In this document: positions 1 through 11,421 of the stretch, in pieces | Numbering within the stretch: the first letter of the stretch is position 1 | Layout: every line of letters starts with the position of its first letter | Source: an uncultured Gemmatimonadales bacterium | Lineage (GTDB): Bacteria > Gemmatimonadota > Gemmatimonadetes > Gemmatimonadales > GWC2-71-9 | Direction: 5' to 3' | Assembly: GCA_963730185.1 (NCBI GenBank) | Contig: CAVSQW010000008.1 | Location: 352,001 to 416,000, forward strand | DNA: 64,000 bases | The notes under the pieces: generated by a model | Told to the model about the DNA's origin: nothing | Seen by the model: only the letters and a program-made list of their open reading frames with translations | Database searches by the model: none | Made by a program: the position numbers and the translations under genes

Positions 1-1318
1 CGACCGTCGACGCCTCCCGGCCGAACTCCTGCTGGAGCCGGAGCACGCCGTATCCCGCCCGGGGCGCGATCATCGTCCGGGTGGTCAGCGCCGGGAGCGA
101 GTCGTAGGTCCGGGCGTAGGCCTGGTCGGTGAGCGCCGTGAGTGCCCCGATCGAGAGCCCGCTCGGCAGCCGGCCGGTGACCTTGGCGGCTCCCAAGATG
201 GTGGTGGCGTCGGGCCGGTCCAGGTAATCGCCCGTGGCGTCGCCCCGGGGAGCTCCGCCGACCCGGCGGCTGTAGAAGTAATCGTCGACGGTACTCCGGA
301 GCAGCTGCTGACCCTCCGTGAAGAAGGGGCGCCGCTCGTTGAAGAAGGTCTCGAAGGCGGTGAGGTTCACTTCCGCCGGGTCGGCCTCGACCTGCCCGAA
401 GTCGGGGTTGATCGTGGCATCGAGCGTGACGTTGGGCCCGAGTCCCATCTTGAGGTCCGCGCCGGCCCGGACCCCCACGTGCCGGCCGTCGGGGTCGAAG
501 GGGTTCTTGGGGTCGGGCGCCCCGGCGAACCGCCCGTTGGAGGCCAAGTACGGCACCACCTCCACCCGCCGGCCCGAATGAATGTTCCGCAGACCCTCCA
601 GGAGGCCGAACCGCGAGGCGAAGCCGGCCTCGGTCCGGGGCACCACCACCCAGTAGATGTCTTCGTTGAGCTGGGGGATCCAGCGGTACACCTGGATCCC
701 CCATTCCTGCACCGGCCGGTCGTTGAACCGGAGCTGGGAGAACGGGATCCGCATCTCCGCCGTCCACCCGGTGGAGTCGATGTGGGCCTTGGCCTCCCAG
801 ACGGGATCGAAGGTGAAGTCCCGGACGTCGAATCCGTCCCGGTCGCGCGGCAGGTAGTAGTCGCGGCGCACCCCGCCGGAGGTGACCGAGAAGCTGGAGG
901 CGGTGCGGCGGTCCAGGAACGGATCGAACGACACCACGATGTGCTCGGAGTTGCCGTACTGATCGCGACGGGTGACGTCCCTCGGGATGGTCTCGGGGTG
1001 CCGGTTGAAGAGGCGGGCCCCCACGTAGAGCGCGTCGTCGTCGTACAGGAAGGCGACCTCGGTGCGTTCGTCGGGGGGCGCGTTCTCGACCGGCTCCTTC
1101 TGGCGGAAGTCGGAGAAGAACTTGGCCCGTTGCCAGGCCGCCTCCGTCAGTCGGCCGTCGAGATGGACGCCGGGACCCTCGATCCGGACCGCTTCCGCCC
1201 GCTTGCCGCTCGCCCCCGGGGCGGCCGTCCGGGCGCCCCGACGGGTCGTCTGGGCCGCCAGCGGTGGCGCCAGGATGGAGCAAGCCAAGGCCAATCCAAC
1301 CGCGAGGCGGGGCGTCAA
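1..1318 (-). CDS. DUF5916 / carbohydrate-binding family 9-like exported protein (3' end runs off the window)
   Basis: Manual translation of the minus strand (not in the ORF track). TTG start at 1318 after GAAAGGA, signal-like N-terminus ([23 protein letters not shown]), CBM9-like segment '[18 protein letters not shown]' and DUF5916 motif '[38 protein letters not shown]'. Confidence 0.8.
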   Translation of the reverse strand, partial: MTPRLAVGLALACSILAPPLAAQTTRRGARTAAPGASGKRAEAVRIEGPGVHLDGRLTEAAWQRAKFFSDFRQKEPVENAPPDERTEVAFLYDDDALYVGARLFNRHPETIPRDVTRRDQYGNSEHIVVSFDPFLDRRTASSFSVTSGGVRRDYYLPRDRDGFDVRDFTFDPVWEAKAHIDSTGWTAEMRIPFSQLRFNDRPVQEWGIQVYRWIPQLNEDIYWVVVPRTEAGFASRFGLLEGLRNIHSGRRVEVVPYLASNGRFAGAPDPKNPFDPDGRHVGVRAGADLKMGLGPNVTLDATINPDFGQVEADPAEVNLTAFETFFNERRPFFTEGQQLLRSTVDDYFYSRRVGGAPRGDATGDYLDRPDATTILGAAKVTGRLPSGLSIGALTALTDQAYARTYDSLPALTTRTMIAPRAGYGVLRLQQEFGREASTV

Positions 1319-1528
1319 ACAGGGGTCCTTTCGGGTCGGGACGTGACGAGGGGCCGCGACGCCGCGGCCCCTCACCCGCTACGACCTCGTTTCGAGCCGG
1401 GTTTCAGGCGCTCGGGGCGGGCCGCTGCGACTCCGAATCTGGTCGGCCCCGCACCGGATCGCCAGCCGACGCCTTATACTCAGGTCGGACCTTCCAGCCG
1501 ATCCCGACTCGTTGCGAGGCACCGAGCC

Positions 1529-3206
<1,678 letters not shown>

Positions 3207-3224
3207 AATCGGGGCGGCCACGCG

Positions 3225-4451
3225 GTGCCGGTTCTCCGCAACATCGCCACGCTGTATCAGTGCCGGCCGGACGGTGCCCAGGCCGACGTGCACCCAATCC
3301 CGGACGCCGCGCTCGTCTACCAGGGCGAGACCATCCGCTGGGTGGGGCCGCGGGCGGAGCTTCCCGGCACGTGGGCCTCGCTGCCGGAGGAGGACGCGGG
3401 TGGCGGGATCGTGATCCCGGGCCTGGTCGACTGCCACACCCACCTGGCCTTCGGGGGCTGGCGGGCGGCCGAGTTCGAGCAGCGGATCCTGGGCCGTTCG
3501 TACCTCGAGATCGCGCGGGCGGGCGGGGGGATCCGCTCCACCGTCGCTGCTACCCGGGCCGCGAGCACGAGCGAGCTGGTGGCCCGCTGCCACCGGCACC
3601 TCGACGGCATGGCGGCCCTGGGGGTCACCACGGTGGAGGCCAAGTCCGGCTACGGGCTCTCGCTCGACGAGGAGCTCCGGCTGCTCGAGGTCTACCGCGC
3701 GGTCGGGGCCGAACGGGCCCAGCGGATCGTGCCCACGCTGCTCGGCGCCCACACCATTCCGACCGAGTACGATGGCCGACGCGAGGCGTACGTGGAGCTG
3801 GTGGCGGCCGAGATGATCCCCGCCGCCGCCGAGCGGGGCTTGGCCCGCTTCTGCGACGTGTTCGTGGAGGAGACGGCCTTCTCGATCGACGAGGCCCGAC
3901 GGATCTTCGGCGCCGGCCGGGCCCATGGCCTCCGGCCGAAGCTCCATGCCGATCAGCTGAGCGCGGGCGGCGGGGCCGAGCTGGCGGCGGAGGTGCGCGC
4001 GGCGTCGGCCGACCATCTGGAGCGGGCCAGCGACCGGGGGATCGAACGGATGGCCGCGGCCGGTGTCGTGGCGGTGAGCTTGCCGCTGGCCTCGCTGTAC
4101 CTGGCCCAGCCGCCGATGCCGGCCCGTCGCTTCCTCGCCGCGGGCGTGCCGGTGGCCGTCGCCACCGACTTCAACCCGGGCTCCGCGCCCAGCTATCACC
4201 TCCCGTTCGCGCTGACGCTGGCCTGTAGCCTCCAGCGGATGACCCCGGCCGAGGCCCTCAAAGGGGCCACGGTGATCGCGGCGCGCGCGATCGGACTCGA
4301 CCGCGAGATCGGCTCGCTCGAGGCCGGCAAGAGCGCCGATTTCGCCGTCCTGGCCGCCCCGACCGTGGAGCACTGGCTCTATCAACTGCAGGCCAACGCC
4401 TGTCGCCGGACGGTGGCGCGGGGCTCGAGCCTCGCCGTGCCCGTGTCGTAA
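3225..4451 (+). CDS. hutI: Imidazolonepropionase
   Basis: Amidohydrolase motifs 'PGLVDCHTH', 'GVTTVEAKSGYGL', 'KLHADQL', 'ATDFNPGS'; follows hutU. Confidence 0.95.
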   Translation: MPVLRNIATLYQCRPDGAQADVHPIPDAALVYQGETIRWVGPRAELPGTWASLPEEDAGGGIVIPGLVDCHTHLAFGGWRAAEFEQRILGRSYLEIARAGGGIRSTVAATRAASTSELVARCHRHLDGMAALGVTTVEAKSGYGLSLDEELRLLEVYRAVGAERAQRIVPTLLGAHTIPTEYDGRREAYVELVAAEMIPAAAERGLARFCDVFVEETAFSIDEARRIFGAGRAHGLRPKLHADQLSAGGGAELAAEVRAASADHLERASDRGIERMAAAGVVAVSLPLASLYLAQPPMPARRFLAAGVPVAVATDFNPGSAPSYHLPFALTLACSLQRMTPAEALKGATVIAARAIGLDREIGSLEAGKSADFAVLAAPTVEHWLYQLQANACRRTVARGSSLAVPVS

Positions 4452-4597
4452 CGACAACTTCCGGTTCGAGCATCGTGTCCTTTCGACGCGCGCGTCTCCC
4501 TGTGCCACGGGGCGATAAGCCTTTCAGTGGCAATCGTTTCGAGCGCACCGTCCGGGTGGGCTCGGACGTTGCTTGAGGATCGGCGCGAGGTGAGACG

Positions 4598-4978
4598 GTG
4601 TCACCATTCCGAATGGCCCGCTGGGGATTGTCGCTCGCGCTGACCGCGGGTTGTGGATCGACGGTCGGACCCGACCTGCAGACGGGCCTGACCGGCTCGG
4701 TGGCTCGCGGGCCGATTACGCCCGTGTGCTTCGAGTCGGTGCCCTGCGAGGCGCCGTTCGCGGCGAGCTTCACCGTGCTTCGGGCCGGCCGACGGGTCGG
4801 GGCCTTCCGAAGTGACGAGGCGGGGCGGTTCGAACTGCGGCTGGCGCCGGGCGACTATCAGGTCGTGCCCGCCGCCGATGCTCCCCTGGTGGCACCTGAG
4901 AGTCAGAGCCGGTCGGTGACCGTGGGGCCGGTTGGGCTCACGGCGGTGGCGCTCCGGTTCGACACCGGCATCCGCTAG
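4598..4978 (+). CDS. Small putative lipoprotein with carboxypeptidase-regulatory-like (Ig/transthyretin-like) domain
   Basis: Lipobox-like 'LALTAGC', 'GPITPVCFESVPCEAP' and 'SDEAGRFELRLAPGDYQV'. Confidence 0.65.
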   Translation: MSPFRMARWGLSLALTAGCGSTVGPDLQTGLTGSVARGPITPVCFESVPCEAPFAASFTVLRAGRRVGAFRSDEAGRFELRLAPGDYQVVPAADAPLVAPESQSRSVTVGPVGLTAVALRFDTGIR

Positions 4979-5198
4979 GGCGAGCCGGCTCCAAGTGGCG
5001 TCAACTTGCGGGGTTGGGTATTGGACGACAAGTTGTATCCGTTCCAGAGTCCAACGTAGCTGAAGGGCGGGGGGGCGCGTCCGGGTGACCGGTGCCGGCC
5101 TCTTCAGGGTTTGGTGGTGAACGGGTTCGCGCGGGCGTCTTCGGACGCCCCGACGAGGCCGGGCATCTCGGGTTTCCATTCCACAACGCGGGGGATCG

Positions 5199-8156
5199 AT
5201 GGGCATGTATCGCAGGATCCTCGGGCTCGGGTTGGTCAGCGTGCTGGCCTTGCCCGCAGTCGCTCTGGCGCAGACGCGCCAGATTTCCGGCACCGTCCAA
5301 CGGACCGGGGGCGGCCCGATCGCGGCGGCCGTGGTCTCCGTGGCGGGGACGACCGAAACCGCCCGGACGGACGCCGAAGGGCGGTATACGGTGAGTGCGC
5401 CGACCGGCGAGGTCCGGCTTTCGGTGCGGGCGATCGGCTTCACCCGGAAGGACGCGGTGGTCGCGGCCAGCCAGAACACGGTCGACTTCCTGCTCGATCC
5501 CGACGTCTTCAAGCTGGAGGAGGTGGTCGTCTCCGGTCAGGCCACGACGGTCCAGCGCCGAAACGCCACGACCTCGATCGGGTACGTGTCGGGCGAGGAT
5601 CTGACCAAGGTCGCCTCGCCGACGATCGAGAGTGCGCTCTACGGCAAGCTCGCCGGCGTCAACATCCAGGGTAACGGTGGCGCGCCGGGCGGCGGCATGC
5701 AGATGCAGATCCGCGGCTCGAACACGATTCTCGGCAACTTCGATCCGCTCTACGTGATCGACGGGGTCATCTACTCGAACGCCAGCATCCTGAACGGCCG
5801 GAACGCGATCGACGCCGGCGCCAGCGTGTTGGAGGACAACCCGGTCAACCGCCTGGCCGACATCAATCCGGCCGACATCGCGAGCATCGAGGTGCTGAAG
5901 GGCGCCGCGGCGGCCGCGATCTACGGGTCCAAGGCGGCGAGCGGCGTGGTGGTCATCAAGACCATCCGGGGCCAGATCGGCGCCCCCAAGGTCGACGTCT
6001 CGCAGCGGCTCGGCACCTTCGACCGGCTTCGGGGCTACCAGGACCGCTGCCTGAGCAGCGTGGCCGACGTGCAGGCCCAGTTCGGAGGCACGGCCGCGGC
6101 CTACGTCTCGAGTCTGGGTGGCTCGGTGCCCTGCTATCAGCACTACGATCAGGTCTGGGGGCTCAACCGGGTCTCGTACGAGACCGTGGCCGACGTGAAC
6201 GGCGGCGACTCGAACACCCGGTACTTCGTCTCCACCACCTTCAAGCGCGACGCCGCGATCGAGCCGAACACCCAGTTCGGCCGCCAGGCGCTCCGCGTGA
6301 ACCTGGATCAGTCGCTGGGCAAGAAGATCGACGTGTCGGTGTCGAGCGTGTTCAACCGCTCGACCAACTCGCGCGGGTGGGACAACAACTGCAACAACTT
6401 CGCGTGCTACGGCTACGCGCTGGCCTACATCCCGAGCTACATCGATCTCCGGCAGCAGGCCGACGGCAGCTACATCAACCCGGCCAACGCCGGGACGGTG
6501 GCCTCGAACCCGCTCCAGACCGCGGCGCTCAGCTCCACCGGCTCGACCACGAACCGATTCACCGGCGGCACCACCATTACCTGGAAGGCCCGGACCACCG
6601 AGCGGTCCAGCCTCCGGTTCATCGCCGCGGGCGGTGCCGACCTCTTCCATCAGAACGACAACCTGGTGGCCCCGGTCGATCTCTTCTTCGAGCAGATCCA
6701 GGCCCAGCCGGGCGCCTCGATCGAGAACAACGGTGACAGCCGGCAGTTCAACTGGAACCTGAACGGCGTCTGGACCTACCGGACCGCCGCGACCGGCGGA
6801 ATGCAGTTCACCACCTCGGGTGGGGTGCAGTACGAGGACCGCTGGCTCCACACCAGCCGGATCACCACCACCAACCTGGTGCCCGGCCAGGTGAACGTGA
6901 ACCAGGGCTCGAACTTCGCGGTGACCGAGAACCTGACTCCGGAGAAGACCTTCGCCTTCTACGGTCAGGAAGACCTCCTGATGCTGAACGACCGGCTGCT
7001 GATCAGCGGCGGTATCCGGGCCGAGCGCTCGAGCGCCAACGGCAACATCAGCAAGTACTACGTCTACCCGCGCCTCTCGGGCAAGTACAGCTTCCGCGAC
7101 GTGCTGGGTGAGGGAAGTGAATTCAAGATCCGGGCGGCCTACGGCGAGCTGGGCAACCAGCCCAACTTCGGCCAGAAGTTCACCAACCTGAACACCCCGC
7201 AGTTCGGCGGCACCAACGGGTTCCAGGTCGGCACCGTGTCGGGCGATCCCAACATCGCGCCGGAGCGGGTCAAGGAGATCGAGGGCGGCTTCGACCTGAA
7301 CTTCTGGAACGGGCGAGCCAACCTCGACGTGTCGCTCTACAACCGGAAGACCACCGACCTCCTGCTCAGCCGTTCGCCGGCCCCGTCGACCGGGTACACC
7401 ACCCAGTTCTTCAACGGCGGTGAGATCCAGAACAAGGGCATCGAGATCGTGGCGGGCATCACCCCGATCCAGCAGCGGGACTTCAACTGGATCTCGTCCA
7501 CCAGCTTCACGTTGCACCGGAGTAAGGTCCTGAGCCTGCCGGTACCGTCCTTCCGCCCGCCGGCATCCGGCTTCGGCGGCCTGGGCGTGACCTTCATCGA
7601 GGTCGGCCAGTCGTTGAGCCGACTCTACGGCCCGCGGTACGCCACGCCGGGCGACGCATCGTCCGTGTATCAGGGCACCGTCGGCAACACCGATCCGACC
7701 TTCCGGGTCGGCTTCCAGAACAGCGTCACCTACAAGTCGTTCAATTTCTCGGTGACCGCCGACTGGCAGAAGGGCGGCAACGTCGTCAACCTGACCCAGT
7801 TCCTGCTCGACGACGGCAAGACCACCTTCGACTACGGCACCGCGGCGTACGACGCCCGGAGTGCGGCGGTCGGCGACGGCGTCACCACGATCTACGTGGA
7901 GCCGGCGGACTTCTTCAAGCTCCGCGAGGTCTCGCTGAGCTGGAACCTGCCCCGGAGCTTCACCGACGCGCTCGGCTGGGGCCTGCACGATGCCCGGATT
8001 GGCGTCACCGGTCGTGACCTCTTCTGGTGGACGAAGTACTCCGGTCTCGATCCGGAAGTCGCGAACTTCGGGTCGTCGGCCATCCGGTCGAATACCGACG
8101 TGACCCCGTATCCGCCCAGCCGGAGCATCTTCTTCAATCTTGCGGTGGGGTTCTGA
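5199..8156 (+). CDS. SusC/RagA-family TonB-dependent outer-membrane transporter
   Basis: Signal peptide, N-terminal carboxypeptidase-like domain, TonB-box-like 'LEEVVVSG', plug motifs 'PLYVIDGVI' and 'DINPADIASIEVLKGAAAAAIYGSKAASGVVVIKT', C-terminal 'YSGLDPEV...YPPSRSIFFNLAVGF'. Confidence 0.95.
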   Translation: MGMYRRILGLGLVSVLALPAVALAQTRQISGTVQRTGGGPIAAAVVSVAGTTETARTDAEGRYTVSAPTGEVRLSVRAIGFTRKDAVVAASQNTVDFLLDPDVFKLEEVVVSGQATTVQRRNATTSIGYVSGEDLTKVASPTIESALYGKLAGVNIQGNGGAPGGGMQMQIRGSNTILGNFDPLYVIDGVIYSNASILNGRNAIDAGASVLEDNPVNRLADINPADIASIEVLKGAAAAAIYGSKAASGVVVIKTIRGQIGAPKVDVSQRLGTFDRLRGYQDRCLSSVADVQAQFGGTAAAYVSSLGGSVPCYQHYDQVWGLNRVSYETVADVNGGDSNTRYFVSTTFKRDAAIEPNTQFGRQALRVNLDQSLGKKIDVSVSSVFNRSTNSRGWDNNCNNFACYGYALAYIPSYIDLRQQADGSYINPANAGTVASNPLQTAALSSTGSTTNRFTGGTTITWKARTTERSSLRFIAAGGADLFHQNDNLVAPVDLFFEQIQAQPGASIENNGDSRQFNWNLNGVWTYRTAATGGMQFTTSGGVQYEDRWLHTSRITTTNLVPGQVNVNQGSNFAVTENLTPEKTFAFYGQEDLLMLNDRLLISGGIRAERSSANGNISKYYVYPRLSGKYSFRDVLGEGSEFKIRAAYGELGNQPNFGQKFTNLNTPQFGGTNGFQVGTVSGDPNIAPERVKEIEGGFDLNFWNGRANLDVSLYNRKTTDLLLSRSPAPSTGYTTQFFNGGEIQNKGIEIVAGITPIQQRDFNWISSTSFTLHRSKVLSLPVPSFRPPASGFGGLGVTFIEVGQSLSRLYGPRYATPGDASSVYQGTVGNTDPTFRVGFQNSVTYKSFNFSVTADWQKGGNVVNLTQFLLDDGKTTFDYGTAAYDARSAAVGDGVTTIYVEPADFFKLREVSLSWNLPRSFTDALGWGLHDARIGVTGRDLFWWTKYSGLDPEVANFGSSAIRSNTDVTPYPPSRSIFFNLAVGF

Positions 8157-8159
8157 GCC

Positions 8160-9596
8160 ATGACGACTAAAACACTGAAAATGGCGCTCGGCGCGACCGG
8201 CCTGCTGCTGACCGCGGCGTGCTCGAAGAGCTCGTTCGACATCCTGAACACCAACGCGCCGACGATCGAGCAGCTCACCGGGAATCCGACCAAGGCCACG
8301 CTGGCCCGGGCGGCCCTGGGGTCGGCGGCCGTGTTCGAGACCGACGTGGGTGGCGATATCGCCCGGTGGGCGATCTACGGCCGGGAAGGCTACAACCTGA
8401 ACGGCAACGATCCCCGACTCACTGGCGAAGATATTTCCGGCCCGCAGGATCCCAACGGGCACAGCGCCGGCGGGTGGGCCGGGAAGTACCAGGCCCTCCG
8501 GACCATCAACACCTACCTGGCCGCCATCGACCAGGCGCCGGACCTGACCTCGGCGGAGAAGTCTGCCTCGAAGGGGTTCGCCAACACGTTGAAGGCGATC
8601 CTGCTCCACCAGGCGATCGTCCGGAACGGCACCCTCGGCATCCCGGTGGACGTGGAAGTCGGGCTGGATCAGCCGCCGGCACCGTTCCTGACCGAGGCGC
8701 ATGCCTATGATCGAATCGTGGCGTTGCTCGATGACGCCCAGACCGACCTTCAGGCCGCGGGCAGCACGGCCTTCCCGTTCCCGATGCCGCCGGGCTACGA
8801 GGATTTCGCCACCCCGGCCAAGTTCCTCCAGGTGAACCGGGCGTACATGGCCAAGGTGATGATTCACCGGGCCACCTTCCTCAACGAAGGCGCGAGTGCC
8901 TATCAGGCGGCGCTCACCGCCCTGAACCAGTCGTTCATCACCACGGCGGGGCTTCCGGCCAGCTTCTCGCTGGGAGCGTACTACGCCTACGCCTCGGCGT
9001 CCGGTGAGACGGGCAACCCGATCACCGAAGCCACGAGCTCGACCCGGTTCTTCGTGCATTCGTCAATCGAGACCGGGGCGCAGCACAAGCTCAACGGCGA
9101 CCTCGACGACCGATTCACCAGCAAGACCTTCACGGTGACGGCCCGCACGGTCAGCGGCCTCACCAGCACGCTCAAGCCGGTGATGTACAACACCAACTCC
9201 CCGACCGGGTCGTCGCCGAATCTCGACGCCGACATCGCCATCATCCGGAACGAGGAGCTCATTCTCATCCGGGCCGAGGCGGAGTGGTTCACGGGCGCCA
9301 AGCAGGCCGCCCTGGACGACATCAACCTCGTGCGCGAGAACTCGGGCGGTTTGGAGGCGACCACGCTCACGACCGGCAGCAGCGACGCCGCGTTCACGAC
9401 CGAGCTGCTTTACAACCGGACCTACTCGCTTCTCTGGGAGCAGGGCACCCGATGGCTCGATGCTCGGCGGTTCGGGCTCCTGAGCACCCTGCCGCTCGAT
9501 CGGGCCGGCGACGTGACCTGGGAGTTCCAGATCGTCCCCGGTGGCGAGTGCGACGCCCGGAGCCTGCCGGCGCCGTGCACGCCCGCGACGCAGTGA
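8160..9596 (+). CDS. SusD/RagB-family nutrient-binding lipoprotein
   Basis: Lipobox 'LLTAAC', 'IIRNEELILIRAEA' and 'LLWEQGTRWLDARR'; starts 3 nt after the SusC-like gene. Confidence 0.92.
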   Translation: MTTKTLKMALGATGLLLTAACSKSSFDILNTNAPTIEQLTGNPTKATLARAALGSAAVFETDVGGDIARWAIYGREGYNLNGNDPRLTGEDISGPQDPNGHSAGGWAGKYQALRTINTYLAAIDQAPDLTSAEKSASKGFANTLKAILLHQAIVRNGTLGIPVDVEVGLDQPPAPFLTEAHAYDRIVALLDDAQTDLQAAGSTAFPFPMPPGYEDFATPAKFLQVNRAYMAKVMIHRATFLNEGASAYQAALTALNQSFITTAGLPASFSLGAYYAYASASGETGNPITEATSSTRFFVHSSIETGAQHKLNGDLDDRFTSKTFTVTARTVSGLTSTLKPVMYNTNSPTGSSPNLDADIAIIRNEELILIRAEAEWFTGAKQAALDDINLVRENSGGLEATTLTTGSSDAAFTTELLYNRTYSLLWEQGTRWLDARRFGLLSTLPLDRAGDVTWEFQIVPGGECDARSLPAPCTPATQ

Positions 9597-9627
9597 GGTC
9601 GGTTCGGTAGCAGGTTGCAGGCTACCA

Positions 9628-9661
9628 GAAAGCGGGGGCCGGGAAGCCGGCCCCCGCTTTC
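9628..9661. terminator. Probable bidirectional intrinsic terminator
   Basis: GAAAGCGGGGGCCGG-gaag-CCGGCCCCCGCTTTC is a perfect 15-bp inverted repeat between the convergent SusD-like and FTCD genes. Confidence 0.8.
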
Positions 9662-9683
9662 ATTCGTTTGCCCCTCCGGATGG

Positions 9684-11369
9684 TCAGGCGAACTTGGCTT
9701 CGGCCGCCGCGAGCACGGCTTGCTCCCGGGCCGCCACCTCGGCCGCCAGCCGGGCGCCCTCGCGAACGATGTCCTCCACTGCCGTCCGGTCCTTCAGGCT
9801 GGCCAGGTTGGTCCGGACGTTGAGCCAGGCGCCCAGCACCGCCGAGCGGGCCGCCAGGGCGCCCACGGCGGCATCGGAGGCGGAGGCCGGGAGGCCGTCC
9901 TTGGCCATGGCCTCCAGCAACTCGAACGCCGCCCAGGCCGACTGCATCACCCGCCAGGGCACCTCGATGGCGCCTCGGTTGGCCTCCTCGAGCGCCTTGG
10001 CCCGGGCGGCTCGCTCCAGGTCGGTCGTCTTGGGCATGCCGAGCGCGGTCATGACCCGGTCGAACGCGCGGGTGTCCTCGTCGACCAGTTGAAGCAGCGC
10101 GCTCACCAGGCGCTGGCCCCGTTCGGCCCAGTCGGAGAATTGCTCCCAGCGGTCGTCCCAGCCGCGCTTGTGGGACGAGAGGTTGGCCACCATGGTGCCC
10201 AGGGCGGCGCCCAATGCGCCGAGCAGGGCGGCCACCGACCCGCCGCCCGGGGCCACCGACTCCGACGCCGTGACCTCCACGAACCCCGCCACCGTCAGGT
10301 CCACCAGCCGGGCCTGGCCGGGTTCGCGGAGGAGGTACTCGATGATCCGTTCCTCCGGCTTGAACGGCGCCAGCTGGTCCAGCCCCATCGACACCACCGC
10401 GATCCGGATCAGCTCCGATTCGGACAGGCCCAGCGAGCGCTGCTGCTTCCGGAGGAAGTAGCGCCCGGCGTCCAGCATCGTCTGGAGCGGCACCAGACCC
10501 ACCAGCTCGGAGCCGGTGACCCGGATGCCGCGGGCTCGGGCTTTCTCGCCCACCTCGTCGAACGCCACGTGGAGCGGGGTAACCGACAGGTCGGTCAGGT
10601 TCATCGAGACCTGGGCAATCCGGTACTCGTCGATGTACCAGCCGATCGCCTTGACCGCCTTGAGCGAGCCCGGAAGGCTGATCGGTTGACCGGCGGCGTC
10701 GGTGAGGACCTTGCCGGTGAGGGCGCCGCCCTCCCGCTTGGGCCGACCCGCCTCCCGGACGTCGAACGCGATGGCGTTGGCGCGGCGGGTCGAGGTGGTG
10801 TTGAGGTTGACGTTGTAGGCGACGAGGAAATCGCGGGCCCCGATGACCGTGGCACCGGCTGCGGGGTTCATCTTCGCCGGCCCGAAGTCGGGCTTCCACT
10901 TCGGATCCTCGATCTTCTTGAAGAAGCCCTCGTATTCGCCGGCCCGGATGATCGACAGGTTCCGCCTGGCGGGATCGGGTTGGGCCTGCTCGTAGAGGTA
11001 GACTGGAATCTCGAGCTCCTCGCCGACTCTCCGGGCCAGCTCCGTCGCGTACCGGGCGGTCTCCTCCATCGAGATCCCGGCCACCGGCACCAGGGGGCAG
11101 ACGTCGGTGGCGCCCATCCGGGGGTGCTCGCCCTCGTGCGTCCGCATGTCGATCAGCTGAGCCGCCTTGGCGATGGCCCTGAAGGCCGCCTCGACCACCG
11201 CCTCCGGCCCGCCGGCGATGGTGACCACGGTGCGATTGGTGGACCGTCCCGGGTCCACGTTCAGGAGCCGGGCCCCTTCAACCCCCTCGATCTCGACGGT
11301 AATTTGGCGGATGACGTCGAGGTTCCGGCCCTCGCTGAAGTTGGGCACGCACTCGATGATCTTCGACAT
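9684..11369 (-). CDS. ftcD: Bifunctional glutamate formimidoyltransferase / formiminotetrahydrofolate cyclodeaminase
   Basis: The likely start is 'MSKIIECVPNFSEGR'. Motifs 'HEGEHPRMGATDVCPLVP' and 'QVSMNL', plus a C-terminal cyclodeaminase domain 'SVAPGGGSVAAL...SDAAVGAL'. Confidence 0.93.
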   Translation of the reverse strand: MSKIIECVPNFSEGRNLDVIRQITVEIEGVEGARLLNVDPGRSTNRTVVTIAGGPEAVVEAAFRAIAKAAQLIDMRTHEGEHPRMGATDVCPLVPVAGISMEETARYATELARRVGEELEIPVYLYEQAQPDPARRNLSIIRAGEYEGFFKKIEDPKWKPDFGPAKMNPAAGATVIGARDFLVAYNVNLNTTSTRRANAIAFDVREAGRPKREGGALTGKVLTDAAGQPISLPGSLKAVKAIGWYIDEYRIAQVSMNLTDLSVTPLHVAFDEVGEKARARGIRVTGSELVGLVPLQTMLDAGRYFLRKQQRSLGLSESELIRIAVVSMGLDQLAPFKPEERIIEYLLREPGQARLVDLTVAGFVEVTASESVAPGGGSVAALLGALGAALGTMVANLSSHKRGWDDRWEQFSDWAERGQRLVSALLQLVDEDTRAFDRVMTALGMPKTTDLERAARAKALEEANRGAIEVPWRVMQSAWAAFELLEAMAKDGLPASASDAAVGALAARSAVLGAWLNVRTNLASLKDRTAVEDIVREGARLAAEVAAREQAVLAAAEAKFA

Positions 11370-11421
11370 GACGACTCGTTGGGCTCGAGTTGAGGCCCTC
11401 AATTTATCCCGGAAACCCATC

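Noticed and set aside
5001..9059. 1352-aa minus-strand ORF and many other long antisense or alternate-frame ORFs (e.g. 9615..11393, 39445..41769, 55283..57088)
   Set aside because: Shadows of real genes. Strong GC3 bias removes stop codons in these frames, and the translations are Arg/Gly/Pro-rich with no family motifs.
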